Positions 10,895 to 23,695 of a stretch of DNA of 64,000 nucleotides are shown in pieces. Below the pieces are notes generated by a model, which searched no databases, was not told where the DNA came from, and worked only from the letters and a program-made list of their open reading frames with translations. Where the stretch lies: the NCBI GenBank assembly GCA_038087875.1, contig CM075992.1:9984001-10048000 (forward strand). The letters run 5' to 3'. Source of the DNA: Malacoraja senta (lineage: Eukaryota). The position numbers were made by a program, and so were the translations under genes. Position 1 is the stretch's first letter. Each line of letters begins with the position of its first letter.

Positions 10895-12410
10895 CGGGGC
10901 CCGCCGACCCTCACCGGCCATCCGCTGACCGGGACTTCCGACGCTTCGCCCACTGACCCGGACTCCACTCCCCGCGGGCCTCTACCAGTGGCTCTACCGA
11001 CCCTTGCCACTCAACCGCCCACCAGCAGGCCGCAGCCATTGCCTTACCTGAGTCCTTGGCTCAGCTCCGGGCCTGGGCCCCAGCTATGCCTGCCTCTTTG
11101 TAGGGTACATCGAACATTCCTTGTTCGAAGCGTCCCGTGGCCCTATCCCCGAACTCTACCTCCGCTATATTGATGACTGCATTGGTGCTACCTCCTGCAC
11201 CCATGCAGAACTCACTGACTTCCATTTCACCACTAACTTTCATCCGGCACTCAAATTCACCTGGACCATTTCCGACATCTCCCTACCGTTTCTAGACCTC
11301 ACTATCTCCATCGCAGGTAACAGACTACTGACTGACATCTACTACAAACCCACTGACTCCCATGGCTATCTGGACTGCACTTCTTCCCACCCTGCTTCCT
11401 ATAAGAACTCTATCCCCTACTCCCAATTCCTCTGTCTACGCCGCATCTGCACCCAGGATGAGGTGTTCCAAACCAGGGCATCGGAGATGTCCTCATTCTT
11501 TAGGGAACGGGGGTTCCCCTCTTCGACTATAGATGAGGCTCTCACCAGGGTCTCTTCTATATCCCGTAGTTCCGCTCTCACTTCCCATCCCCCCCACTCA
11601 TAACAAGGAGAGAGTCCCCCTTTCCTCACCTTTCCACCCTACCAGCCGTCACATACAACAGATAATCCTCTGACATTATCGCCACCTCCACCGGGATCCC
11701 ACCACTGGTCACATCTTCCCATCTCCTCCCCTTTCGGCTTTCCGCAGAGACCGTTCCCTCGGTAACTCCCTGGTCAATTTGTCCCTTCCCACCCAAACCA
11801 CCCCCTCCCCTGGTATTTTTCCTTGCAACCGCAGGAAATGCTACACTTTAAATGCTACGCTTTACCTCCTCCCTTGACTCCATCTAAGGACCCAAGCAGT
11901 CTTTCCAGGTGAGGCAGAGGTTCACCTGCACCTCCTCCAACCTCATCTATTGCGTCCGCTGCTCTAGGTGTCAACTGCTCTACATCGGTGAGACCAAGCG
12001 CAGGCTTGGCTATCGCTTCGCCCACCACTTCCGCACAGTTCGCATTAACCAACCTGATCTCCCGGTGGCTCAGCACTTTTTCCTTTCCCCCTCCCATTCC
12101 GAATCCGACCTATGTGTCCTGGGCCTCTTCCATGGCCAGATTGAGTCCCACTATAAATTAGAGGAGCAGCACCCCATATTTCGCTTTTACACCCCAGCGG
12201 TATGAACATTGACTTCTCCAATTTCAGGTAGTCCTTGCTTTCTCCCACCTTCCCCTCCCCTTCCCAGCTCTCCCACAGCCCACTGTCTCCGCCTCTTCCT
12301 TTCTTGTTCCTCCCCCCCCCCCCACCCCCACATCAGTCTGAAGAAGGGTCTCTACCCGAAACGTCACCTATTCCTTCGCTCCATAGATGCTGCCTCGCCC
12401 GCTGAGTTCC
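10895..12410 (+). mobile_element. Penelope element, internally deleted (RT C-half, GIY-YIG, pLTR)
   Basis: ORFs 11121-11603 (YIDDCIG) and 11909-12205 (GIY-YIG). Terminal repeat carries CTGAAGA…GAAACGTC. Confidence 0.9.
12336..12368 (+). ncRNA. Minimal type I hammerhead ribozyme motif in Penelope pLTR
   Basis: GT-CTGAAGA-A-GGGT-ctct-ACCC-GAAA-CGTC-AC: conserved core, stem II, palindromic ACGT stem III and GUC triplet. Stem I is only about 2 bp. Confidence 0.65.
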
Positions 12411-13455
12411 TCAAGACCACTGAGATCTCTTCTTGGCAGGGGTGACCTGTACAAAAGGGACAGGTTGCACCTTAATTGGAGGGGGACTGACATTCTGGCA
12501 GGCAGGTTGGCTTGTGCTACACGTGTAAGTTTAAACTAAACAGTGGGGGGGGGGGGTTGGGGTCAACAATGTGCAAGCATATGCGTGCAGTTAGCGGGAA
12601 AGAGAGTGTAGGATAGGTCACGTTTAAACTAATAGGGCAGGGGTATGGGAACCAGTGCAAGGAGACAGGGCCATAAAAGGAGGACAGAAGGAAAAGGTAG
12701 AAGGGAGAAAAGAAAAACAAACCTGAAAGCCTTGTGCCTTAACGCGAGGAGCATTCGCAATAAGGTGGATGAATTGAATGCGCAGCTAGTACTTAACGGA
12801 TATGATATATTTGGGAATTACGGAGACATGGCTCCAGGGTGACCAAGGCTGGGAGCTAAACGTGCTGGGGTATTCAATATTCAGGAAGGATAGACAGAAA
12901 GGAAGAGGAGGTGGGGTGGCATTGCTGATTAAAGAGGAGATTAATGCAATAGTAAGGAGAGACATTAGCTTAGATGCTTTAGAATCTGTATGGGTAGAAC
13001 TAGCCAAGGGCAGAAAACGCTTGTTGGAGTTGTATACAGACCACCAAGCAGCAGTAGGGAGGTTGGGGATTGCATTAAGTAGGAAATTAGGGATGCGTGT
13101 AGCAAAGATACAGCAGTTATCATGGGTGACTTTAATCTACATATAGATTGGGTCAACCAAACTGGTAACAGCACTGAGGAGGATTTCCTGGAATGTATAC
13201 GGGGTGGGTTTTTAAACCAATATGTAGAGGACTTGACTAGAGGGCAGGCCATCCTAGACTGGGTATTGTGTAATGAGGAAGGATTAGTTAGCGATCTTGT
13301 TGTGCAATGCCTCTTGGGCAACAGTGACCATAATATGGTGCAATTCTGCATTAGGATGGAGAGTGACATGGTTAATTGAGAGAGTAGTGCCCTGAAATTA
13401 AAGAAAGGAGACTTTGAAGGTATGAGACGGGAATTGGCCAGGATAGACGGGCAAA

Positions 13456-14070
13456 TCTATACATAACTAAAGCTCTCTTGTTATCTTCTGGTTGCGCGGT
13501 CATTCTATTTTTGCAAAAACGTTACGCGATAGCGTTACGATTTTTCGCCAGCTTACCGTTCTCCGGTGCTGCGATTGCACCAAGTTTCGTTCCAATCGGT
13601 GGGCTAATGTAAACGTTAGCGAGGATTAAAAATAATAAAATCCGCGCGTGCGCAGATCGATCTCTCCTGCCGTTCAGCACTGCGTGGATTGGTCTTTTCT
13701 CCTGTCACTCCGCGGTACGGTCCACCCTTTCCTGCGTCATCGCTTCTTTACTGGAGCTGTGGCTGGCCGGCGGAGATTTCCAACCGGACACAATTTTCGG
13801 AGAAAACAGCCTGGCCCGGCGTGGGAAATGTCGCCAAACGGAAAGCGGAGAACCTGATCCCGGTGAAGGAGAACGACCAGCGGTCCAGCGACCAGCGACC
13901 GCTGTGAGTCCGCTCCAGCCCCTTCCCCTCTGGTCCCCCTCGCTGCCCCCTGCCCCCCTCCCCCGTGATAGCCCCCACAACCCCCATCTTTACTCTGAGC
14001 TTTCTCCCTCCTGCCCCCGCAACCCCCCTGCCCCCGCAACCCCCCTGCCCATATACCACCCGGGGGAGGG
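13456..14070 (+). mobile_element. Non-autonomous Helitron 5' fragment nested in CR1
   Basis: Begins A|TCTATACATAACTAAAGCTCTCTTG, similar to the starts at 2400 and 43290. No 3' hairpin or CTAG was found. Confidence 0.7.
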
Positions 14071-15515
14071 AGGAACTGATGCAATGGCAAGGATTTAAAG
14101 TTCGCATAGATGAACCCCAAAAATTGTTCATCCCTGTCTGGCGAAAAAATAAAACTAGAAGGCGGCTCAACCATGGCTAACAAGGGAAATGAAGGATTGT
14201 GTTAAAACCAAGGAAGAGGCATATAAAATGGCCAGAGGAAGCAGCAAGCTGAAGGACTGGGAGAAATTTAAAATTCAACAGAGCAGGACAAAGGGGTTAA
14301 TTAAGAGGGGGTGGGGGGGAGAGCATGAACGAAAGCTTGTGGGGAATATAAAACTGACTGTAAAAGCATCTTGAGATATGTAAAAAGGAAAAGATTAGTG
14401 GAGACATATGTAGGTCCCTTGCAATCAGAGACAGGTACATTTATAATGGGAACAGGGAAATGGCAGAACAGTTAAACGAGTACTTTGTTTGTGCTTTCCT
14501 TAGTGAAGACAGAACCAATCTCCCAGAAATACTAGGGGACTGAGGAACTAGTGGGAGGGAGGAACTGAAGGGAATTCGCATTAGTCAGGAAATGATGTTA
14601 GGTAAACTGTTGAAACAGAAGGCAGATAAATCCACAGGGCCTGATGGTCTGCAGCCCAGAACTACTCAAGGAGGTGGCCCTGGATATTGTGCATGCATTG
14701 GCGATCATTTTCCAATGTTCTATAGACTGGATCAGTTCCTGTGGCAGGGTAGCAAATGTAACTACACTTTTTAAGAAAGGAGGGAGAGAGAAAATGGGGA
14801 ATTATAGACCAGTTAGCCTTACATCGGTAGTGGGGAAGATGCTTGAGTCAATTAGTAAAGATGTAATAGCAGCGCATTTGGAAAGCAGTGGCAGGATCGG
14901 TCAAAGTCAGCATGGATTTATGAAGGTGAAATCATGCTTGAATAATCTTCTGGACTTTTTTGAGGATGTAACAAGTAGGATGGATAAGGAAGAGCCAGTG
15001 GATGTGGTGTATCTGGACTTTCAAAAAGCCTTTGACAAGGTCCCGCACAAGAGATTAGTGTGCAAAATTTGAGCACATGGTATTGGGGACAGGTTATTGA
15101 CATGGATAGAGAACTGGTTGGCAGACAGGAAGCAAAGATTAGAAATTAACGGGTCCTTTTCAGAATGGCAAGCAGTGAATAGTGGGGTGCCGCAAGGCTC
15201 GGTGCCGGGACCCCAGTTATTTACAATATATATTAACGATTTATACGAGGGAATTAAATGTGAACATCTCCAAGTTTGCGGATGACACAAAGCTGGATAG
15301 CAGTGTGAGCCGCGAGGAGGATTTAATGATGCTGCAGGGTGACTTGGATAGGTTGGGTGAGTGAACAAATGCATGGCAGATGCAGTATAATGTGGATAAA
15401 TGTGAGATTATCCACTTTGCTGGCAAAAACAGGAAGGCAGATTATTATCTGAATGGTGTCAGATTAGGAAAAGGGGAGATGCAATGAGACCTGGGTGTGC
15501 TTATACATCAGTCAC

Positions 15516-16462
15516 GTCTGCCTCTGCTTCTGCTTGTTTACTGCACAATCGCCAACAGCTGGGCTATCTCGTGCAGGCTACGCTAGCATGGCCACTGGTT
15601 GCAAAAGGGTTATTTATATTTTTATGTGGGCAAGTTTGGTGAGATGATCCATGTCCAAGTTGTCGAGCTGTGACTTGAAGAGCGACAAGGTTGGTGCACA
15701 CCTGGTGGTGTCAGGAAGGATGTTCCACTCTGGGATAGTCCATGGATATAGTGACTGTAGATAGCTATTATTGTTTGCTCTAATTATGGTATAAATAAAT
15801 TGACCTGAGGACTGTTTTGTAGATTTCTGGGTATTGGATTGAATGAGGTGAGATATGTTACTGGTGATGATGCCATGAGTCTCCTTGTAGACAGTACATA
15901 ATCGGGCTTTGGTGCGTCTTGACTCTAGCGGCTGCCAGCCAAGGCGATTTAACATATCGGCAACACCCGACTGTCTTGAGCAGCCGTTAATATCAAACCG
16001 GGCTGCACGCCGCTGAACCTTGTCAAGGGTGTCAATGTTATTTTTCTGGTCAGGGCCCAACATTGTGTGGTAATATTCCAACAGTGGGCGGAGAAGTGCT
16101 TTGTACGCTACCTCCTTTGTCAGTTTGTCACAGCTGGATACGTTTCTCTGGAGAATGCCCAAAGTTCCGTTTGCTTTGTGTCAATCTGGTTCATGTGTCT
16201 GTTCCAGGCAAGGCCAGATGTGAGTTCAACTCCCAGGTATGGGTGGTGATCAACTTCTTTAAGCAGGCTGTCTCCCATCTTGTACCGGTTCATGATCGGC
16301 TTGGCTTTATGAGTAACTCTCATGGAAAAGCATGTGGTGTGATTGAAATCCATTTGCCAAATGGTTTCCCAATTGCAAAGATGGTTTATGTCATTTTAAA
16401 GAACCTTGGCATCTTCAGCAGATTTGATTTCTCGATACACAATGCAGTCGTCTGCAAATAAG
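15516..16462 (-). mobile_element. 5'-truncated divergent LINE (CR1/L2 group, Crack/Daphne-like) nested in CR1
   Basis: - strand reads LFADDCI at the 5' end, then YLGV, AYKALLRPLLEY, DKVQRRAARF, LGWQPLESRR, TIPEWNILP, and a (GCAGAA)-like tail. The host CR1 resumes cagtcac|tgaaag. Confidence 0.8.
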
Positions 16463-17122
16463 TGAAAGTAAGCATGCAGGTGCAGCAGCAGTGAAGAAAG
16501 CTAATGGCATGTTGGCCTTCATTGCGAAAGGATTTGAGTTTAGGAGCAAGGAGGTCCTCCTGCAATAGCATAGGGCCCTGGTGAGACCGCACCTGGAGCA
16601 TTGTGTGCAATTTTGGTCTTTTCATTTGAGGATGGACATTATTGCTATTGAGGGAGTGCAGCGTAGGTTCACCAGGTTAATTCCTGGGATTGCGGGACTG
16701 ACGTATGATGAAAGAATGGGTCGACTGGGCTTGTATTCACTGGAAATTAGAAGGATGAGAGGTGAACTTATAGAAACATATAACATTCTTAAGGGATTGG
16801 ACAGGCTAGATGCAGGAAAAATGTTCCCGATGTTGGGGGAGTCCAGAGCCAGGGGTCACAGTTTAAAAAATAAGGGGAAGGCCATTTAGGACTGAAATGA
16901 GGAAAAACTTTTTCACCCAGAGAGTTGTGATTCTGTGGAATTCTCTGCCATAGAAGGCAGTGGAGTCCAATTCACTTGATGTTTTCAAGAGAGAGTTAGA
17001 TTGAGGTCTTGGGGCTAACAAGGGGTATGGGGAAAAAGCAGGAACGGGGTACTGATTTTAGATAATCAGCCATGATCATATTGAAGGCCCTCCTGCACCT
17101 AATTTTCTTTGTTGCTATGTTT

Positions 17123-17790
17123 TCATCTCTGTGTGGAGACGCATGAGATGGGCAAAGTCCTCAATGAGTATTTTTCCATTTTTAACACGGAGAAAGACAT
17201 GAAGACTGGGGAATTGGGACAGTTAGTGGAGATGTCTCGAGGATGGTTGAGGAGGTGCTGGGCATCTTGAGGCGTATGAAGTGCCTTGCTGAAGTCCGTG
17301 TAGACCATGTCTACAGCTTTGCCTTCATAAAGAGAGGCACAACATTAGTCACCCTCCAGTTGTCCGACACCTGATCCGTCCTGAACTGAATTCATATATC
17401 TGAGCCAGGGCACCCGCAATTTCTTCTCTTGCTTCTGACACTTCCTTGGATATATCTGATTAGGCCCATGAGATTTATCTGCCTTCATATGCCTCACGGC
17501 GTCCATCACATCCTTGACCGGAATATGGACTGTCCTCAAGACGTCACCATTAACTGTCCCAAATTCCCTCACCTTCATGTTGTTCTCTACGGGGAAAATA
17601 GAGAAATATGCATAGATGAGCTTGCCCATCTCCTGCATGTAAATGACCGCTATGGTTTATGAGGGGCCCTCTTCTCTTTCTTGTTACCCTCTCCCCTTCA
17701 TCTATTGCAATGTTGGACTTGGCATCATGTTTGGCACAGATATTATGGGCCGAAGGGCCTGTTGCTATGCCTGTTCTATGTTCTCTAACC
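17123..17790. mobile_element. Rearranged old CR1 fragments in both orientations
   Basis: VYTDFSKA and KADKSHGPNQIYPR fragments, plus a gggccgaagggcctgtt tail. Confidence 0.7.
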
Positions 17791-18195
17791 ACGATTGGAG
17801 GGAATTTTCTGCTGATTCATATGGTGTTTACAATGACATAGTACAAAATAAGTCATTGGCAAAACTTTTCCCATTCGTTCAATGCGTTCTTACAGAGTGT
17901 CCATGTTTTGCCTTTGTACATGACGTGGGTAAAATAGCTTTTAGAAGGCCATGGGTGACGGAAATTGTAACTCCGACTCCACCCAATGGTAGAAATAAGC
18001 AACTGCAGGAGGAACCATATACCTAAATTAAAGAATAGGATGACAAAGCATTTATAGCAGGTAATAGGTTATTCTTTGTTCTTCACACGGACCTTTCCTC
18101 CCTGTCATCTCAACCTCCCTGTCATCTCAACGCCTTATCCTTCTTTTACTTTCACTTTCATGTGTTTGTTTGGCTCTCTGTTAAATGATCTCATT

Positions 18196-18545
18196 ATAAT
18201 AATAATAATAATAATAATAATGGATGGGATTTATATAGCGCCTTTCTAATACTCAAGGCGCTTTACATCGCATTATTCATTCACTCCTCAGTCACACTCG
18301 GTGGTGGTGAGCTACGTCTGTAGCCACAGCTGCCCTGGGGCAGACTGACGGAAGCGTGGCTGCTAATCTGCGCCTACGGCCCCTCCGACCACCACCAATC
18401 ACTCACACACATTCACACGCAGGCAAAGGTGGGTGAAGTGTCTTGCCCAAGGACACAACGACAGTATGCACTCCAAGCGGGATTCGAACCGGCTACCTTC
18501 CGGTTGCCAGCTGAACACTTAGCCCATTGTGCCATCTGTCGTCCC
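18196..18545 (-). mobile_element. tRNA-derived CORE-SINE with L2-like tail and (ATT)n end
   Basis: - strand: A box TGGCACAATGG, B box GGTTCGAATCC, CORE-like gtgtccttgggcaagacacttcaccc, tail gtaaagcgccttgag…aaaggcgctatataaat, then (ATT)n. Confidence 0.82.
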
Positions 18546-19021
18546 TATAGACATTGATTATAGACATTCCATGGTTTGACATTCTAACTAAGCAAACAGA
18601 TTTCTCCTGAGCTTCATTTATTAATGGCTCTCTTGCACTTATGGACCAGGTTCTCTCTTGTAAAGTCTCCATATCTTAGATGTTCTTCTTTGCACGTAAG
18701 GTTGATTGATCACTGACGTCCCTGACAGCCATTTGCAGATTAGTTGTCCATGAGGCACATTATTTCAAAGCATTATTGTAGTTTTGTCCCACTGTTCACA
18801 TGCATTTCCAAACCGAAGACACCAGTAGCAGGCAAGGTAAACCTTAGTTAAGGTCAACTGGAACACTATGCTGAGGTCCAACTGATAAGTTTAACTCTTA
18901 GTCATTCCTGGGATTTTTCTGATCTCTCTGTAGTTAAGCCTATCGTTATAACTTGTAGATGTCCAAATGAGTTTTGTTGGTAGGTATATTGACACAGTCT
19001 AATCTTTGCACCCTCTTTCAG

Positions 19022-19133
19022 ACCAAAGAGGAAAAAACGGGGTCATGTTATTGATGCTGACGGGATGTTTCAGCTGTTTCATTGTCCGCATGAAGGATGC
19101 AACCAGGTGTACATCACGTTAAATAGCTTCCAG
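19022..19133 (+). CDS. ZNF653: ZNF653 exon: basic NLS-like stretch and start of zinc finger 1
   Basis: Acceptor ccctctttcag. Translates PKRKKRGHVIDADGMFQLFHCPHEGCNQVYITLNSFQ, resembling recalled human ZNF653 (…FHCPYEGCSQVYVALSSFQ). Ends at CAG|gcaagt, a GC donor. Confidence 0.93.
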
Positions 19134-19260
19134 GCAAGTAATGACCCTTGCAAATAGCTCTAACTTGTTTAAAAGTCATAAGCTTGTCATGAATTCGAGA
19201 GGAGGGTAAGAAAGACACCATTAATTCAAGAGGCAAATGTATTTAAATGTCATTCTTTTA

Positions 19261-19560
19261 GGGACGGTACTGAGGCTCAGCGGTAGAGTTGCTGCCTTAC
19301 AGCGCTAGAGTCCCAGGTTCGATCCTGACTACGGGTGTTTGTACGGAGTTTGTACGTTCTCCTGTGACCTACATGGGTATTCTCCAGGATCTCCAGTTTC
19401 CTCCCACACTCCAAAGCCATACAATTTTGTAGGTTAATTGGCATAATTATAAATTGTCAGTAGTGTGTGCAGGATAGCATTGGTGTGTGGATATCGCTGG
19501 TCGGCATGGACTCGGTGGGCCGAAGGGCCTGTTTCCACGCTGTACCTCAAACTAAAAACT
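19261..19560 (+). mobile_element. V-SINE (HE1-like), full length
   Basis: ggctcagcggtagagttgctgccttacagc…ggttcgatcctgact, V-domain, and tail gggccgaagggcctgtttcc. Confidence 0.85.
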
Positions 19561-20609
19561 AAAAAAAAAATGTACTGTGACCAGAAAAATGAATGTCTTA
19601 GTTACTGCAGGTGTACAGGCACATTAACAATAATTTATATACAATATACAATAATTTATCAATTACACTAGGTAATCATACCATCATAATACAACACGAA
19701 GTACGTAATATAATCCATAGTCCACAGTAGTTTGTTGCAGTTGTGCTTAGTGTCGTGCAGGGTGGATAAAGAGCCTGATGGTTGATGGGGTAAAGGCCAT
19801 TCTTGAACCTGGTTTTGGGCTGATGCGCCTTCTTCCCGATGGTAGCAGCAAGGTGACAGCATGGCCAAGTTGATGTGAGTCTTATTGATATTAGTTGCCT
19901 TCTTGATGCAGTACCTCCTGTAGATCTCTTGAATGGTGGGAAGATCAATACCTGATGATTGGGCAAGGTTCTGTAGCTCCTTCATTCTTGGATGTTTTGA
20001 GTTAGCGAACCAGGCCTGTGTTGCCACTAGTCAGTATGCCCTCCTTGATTTTATTGTATGGCTGTATGCAAAAACAAATTTCATACCTCGGTCTGACAAT
20101 AAAGTGCCATCGTATCATATCGTATACTGTAAAAGTTCAATAGAGTATTTAGCGAAACGGCAAATAAATGTCAGATGCTGATAGGCTTTCTTAACATTGA
20201 ATCTGCGCTTGGGCCAAGATAGATCTTCAGAGGTATGCATGCCCAGTAACTTGAGCTGTTTACTCTCTCCACCGCAGTCTTGCTAATAAAGCCAGGTTCA
20301 TGGATTGTTGTCTCCCTTTCTGAAGTCAATAATCCGCTCCATGATCTTGCTGATGTTAAGACCAAAATTGTTGTTCTGGCACTATTCAATCCGATATACT
20401 GCCATGGAGTCATACATCACCTAAACAGGCTCTTCAACAAGCTGACCATGATTGTGTTTGTGGATTTTAGCTCTGCATTCAACACCATTGTGCCAGAGCT
20501 ACTACACTCCAAACTCTCCCAGTTGACTGTGCCTGAACCCCTCTGTCAGTGGATCATCAACTTCCTGATAGACAGGAAGCAGCATGAGAGGTTGGGAAAG
20601 CACATCTCA

Positions 20610-21720
20610 TAGAAGCATAGAAAATAGGTGCGGGAGGAGGCCACTTGGCTCTTCGAGCCAGCACCACCATTCATTGTGATCATGGCTGATCATCCACAAT
20701 CAGTAACCCATGCCTGCCTTCACCCCATATCCCTTGATTCCGCTAGCCCCTGGAGCTCTATCTAACTCTGTTAAATTTATCCAGTGAATTGGCCTCTACT
20801 GCCTTCTGTGGCAGAGAATTCCACAAATTCACAACTCTCTGGGTGAATTTTTTTTCCTCATCTCAGTTTTAAATGGCCTCACCCTTATTAGAAAAACATA
20901 GAAAATATAGAAACATAGAAAATAGGTGCAGGAGGAAGACTGTGGCCCCTGGTTCTGGACTCCCCCAACATTGGGAACATTTTTCCTGCATCGAGCTTGT
21001 CCAGTCCTTTTATAATTTTATATGTTTCTATGATCCCCTCTCATCCATCTAAATTCCAGTTTTTCCAATCTTTCCTCATATGACAGTCCCGCCATCCCAG
21101 GGATTAACCTCGTGAACCTACGCTATACTGCCTCAATAGCAAGGATGTCCTTCCTCAAATTAGGAGACCAAAACTGCACACAATACTCCAGATGTGGTCT
21201 CACCAGGGCCCTGTACAACTGCAGAAGGACCTCTTTACATCAAATCATCTCGTTATGAAGGATACATGCCATTAGCTTTCTTCACTGCCTGCTGTACCTA
21301 CATGTTTACTTTCAGTGACTGGTGTGCAAGGACACGCAGGTCTCGTTGCACTTCCCTTTTTCCTAATCTGACACCATTGAGATAATTATCTTCCTCCTTG
21401 TTCTTGCCACCAAAGTGGATAACTTCACATTTATCTACTGCATCTGCCATGCATCTGCCCACTCACTCAACCTGTCTCAAGTCACCCTGCAACCTCCGAG
21501 CATCCTCTTTGCAGTTCACACTGCCACCCAGCTTTGCGTCATCTGCAAATTTGTGAGTGTTACTTTTAATCCCATCATCTAAATCATTAATATATATTGT
21601 AAATAGGTGCGGCCCCAGCGCTGAGCCTTGCGGCACTCCACTCGCCACTGCCTGCCATTCTGACAGGGACCCTACTCTTGTTCCTACTCTTTGTTTCCTG
21701 TCTGCTAACCAATTCTCTAT
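20610..21720 (-). mobile_element. CR1/HER1 3' fragment nested in Rex1
   Basis: GVPQGS…KFADD on the - strand and an atagaaa tail. Confidence 0.88.
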
Positions 21721-21872
21721 CCCGGACCCACAGACCCTCAGCATAGGAGCACCGCAAGGCTGCGTACTCTCGACCTCTCCTCTACTCTCTCTACACCAAC
21801 GACTACACCTCCACAGACTCTTCTGTCAAGCTTCTCGAGTTTGTGGACGGCGCAACCCTGATTGGACTGAAC

Positions 21873-23695
21873 GTGTAAGAAAGAACTGCAGATGCTGGTT
21901 TAAATCGAAGGTAGACACAAAATGCTGGAGTAACTCAGTGGGCGAGGCAGATCTCTGGACAGAAGGAATGGGCGATATTTCGGGTTGGACCCTTTCTCCA
22001 GCATTCCGTGTCTACCCTCGACTCAAACCAGCATCTACAGTTCCTTCCTATACATGGATTAAACTCGATCTGCCAATATCTGTAACTCATCTATTTCCCG
22101 CTCTACACTTTGCCAGCCTTCTTCATTGACCACAACTCCACCAATTTTCGTGTCATCTTCAAACTTCGTAACCAACCCATCTACATTTAATTCTTCACTG
22201 ACCACAACTCCACCAACGTAGCTATGGGCCCTGGCTATGCCCGTCTCTTTGTAATGTACGTCGAACAATCACTGTTCCAGGCGTACACTGGCCCTATCCC
22301 CGAAATCTCCCTCCGCTTCATTGACGACTGCATTGGTGCTACCTCCTTCACCCATGCAGACCTCACTGACTTCCATCAATTTCACCACTAATTTCCATCC
22401 TGCACTCAAATTCACTTGGACCATCTCTGACATCTCCCTCCGTTTCTAGATCTCACCGTCTCCATCACAGGAAACAGACTATTGACTGACATCTACTGCA
22501 AACCTACCGACTCCTGTAGCTATCTTGACTACACTTCTTCCCACCCTGCTTCCTGTAACGACTCTATCCCCAAATCCCAATTCCTCCGTGTACTCCATAT
22601 CTGCTCCCAGGATGAGATGTTCCATACCAGGGCATCGGAGATGTCCTCATTCTTTAGGAAATGGGGGTTCCCCTCTTCCATTATAGATGAGGCTCTCACT
22701 AGGGCCTCCTCGATATCCCGCAGCTCCGGTCTTACTCCCCCTCCCCCCATTCGTAACAAGGACAGAGACCCCTTTGTCTTCACCTTCCACCCCATCAGCC
22801 GTCGCATACAGCATATAATCCTCCAACAGGATCCCACTACTGGCCACATCTTCCCATCTCTACACCTTTCTGCTTTCCGCAGAGACCGTTCCCTCCGAAA
22901 CTCCCTGGTCAATTTGTCCCTTCCCACCCAAACCACACCCTCCGCAGGCACTTTCCCCTGCAACTGCAGGAGATGCAACACCTGTCCCTTTACCTCCCCC
23001 CTCGACTCCTTCCAAAGACCCAAACAGTATTTCCAGATGAGGCAGAGGTTCACTTGCACCTCCTCCAACCTCATCTACTGTATCCGCTATTGCAGGTATC
23101 AACTTCTCTACATCGGCGAGACCAAGCGCAGCTCGGCGATCGTTTCACTGAACACCTCCACTCAGTCCGTCTTAACCGATCTGATCTCCCGGTGGCTCAG
23201 CACTTCAACTAACCCTCCCATTCCCAATCTGACCTTTCTGTCCTGGGCCTCCTCCATTGTCAGAGTGAGGCCCAGTGCAAATTGGAGGAATAGCACCTCA
23301 TATTTTGCTAGGGTAGTTTGAAATTGACTTCTCTAACTTCAGACAGCCCCTGGTTTATCTCTCCATCCCCTTCCCCTCCTCAGTTTTCCCACTAGTCTTA
23401 CTGTCTCCGACTACATTCTATCTTTGTCCAGCCCCCTCCCCTGACATCAATCTGAGGAAGGGTCTCGACCCGAAGCGTCGCCCATTCCTTGTCTCCAGAG
23501 ATGCTGCCTGTCCCGCTGAGTTACTCCAGCGTTTTGTGTCTACCTTTAATTTAGACCAGCATTTGCTGGAGAGAAGGAATGGGTGACGTTTTGGGTCAAG
23601 AAGGGTCTGAAGAAGCATCTCGACCCGAAATGTCGCCCATTCCTTCTCTCCAGAGATGCTGCCTCACTGCTGAGTTACTCCAACATTTTGTGTCT
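21873..23695 (+). mobile_element. Penelope element with inverted pLTR pieces, nested in Rex1
   Basis: ORF 22482-23321 (RT C-terminus to GIY-YIG). Terminal repeats occur in both orientations at 21873-22052 and 23330-23695. Confidence 0.88.

Larger units (their letters stand above)
12430..17122 (+). mobile_element. CR1/HER1-like LINE (ORF1 end, APE endonuclease, RT, 3' tail), degenerate, with two nested insertions
   Basis: Endonuclease motifs GITETWL and MGDFN; RT motifs [31 protein letters not shown]1-type 3' tail. Confidence 0.93.

Noticed and set aside
19261..19335. tRNA-like sequences (also at 10345, 18470-18545 and 37832)
   Set aside because: They are SINE heads followed by SINE core and tail, not complete cloverleaf tRNA genes.
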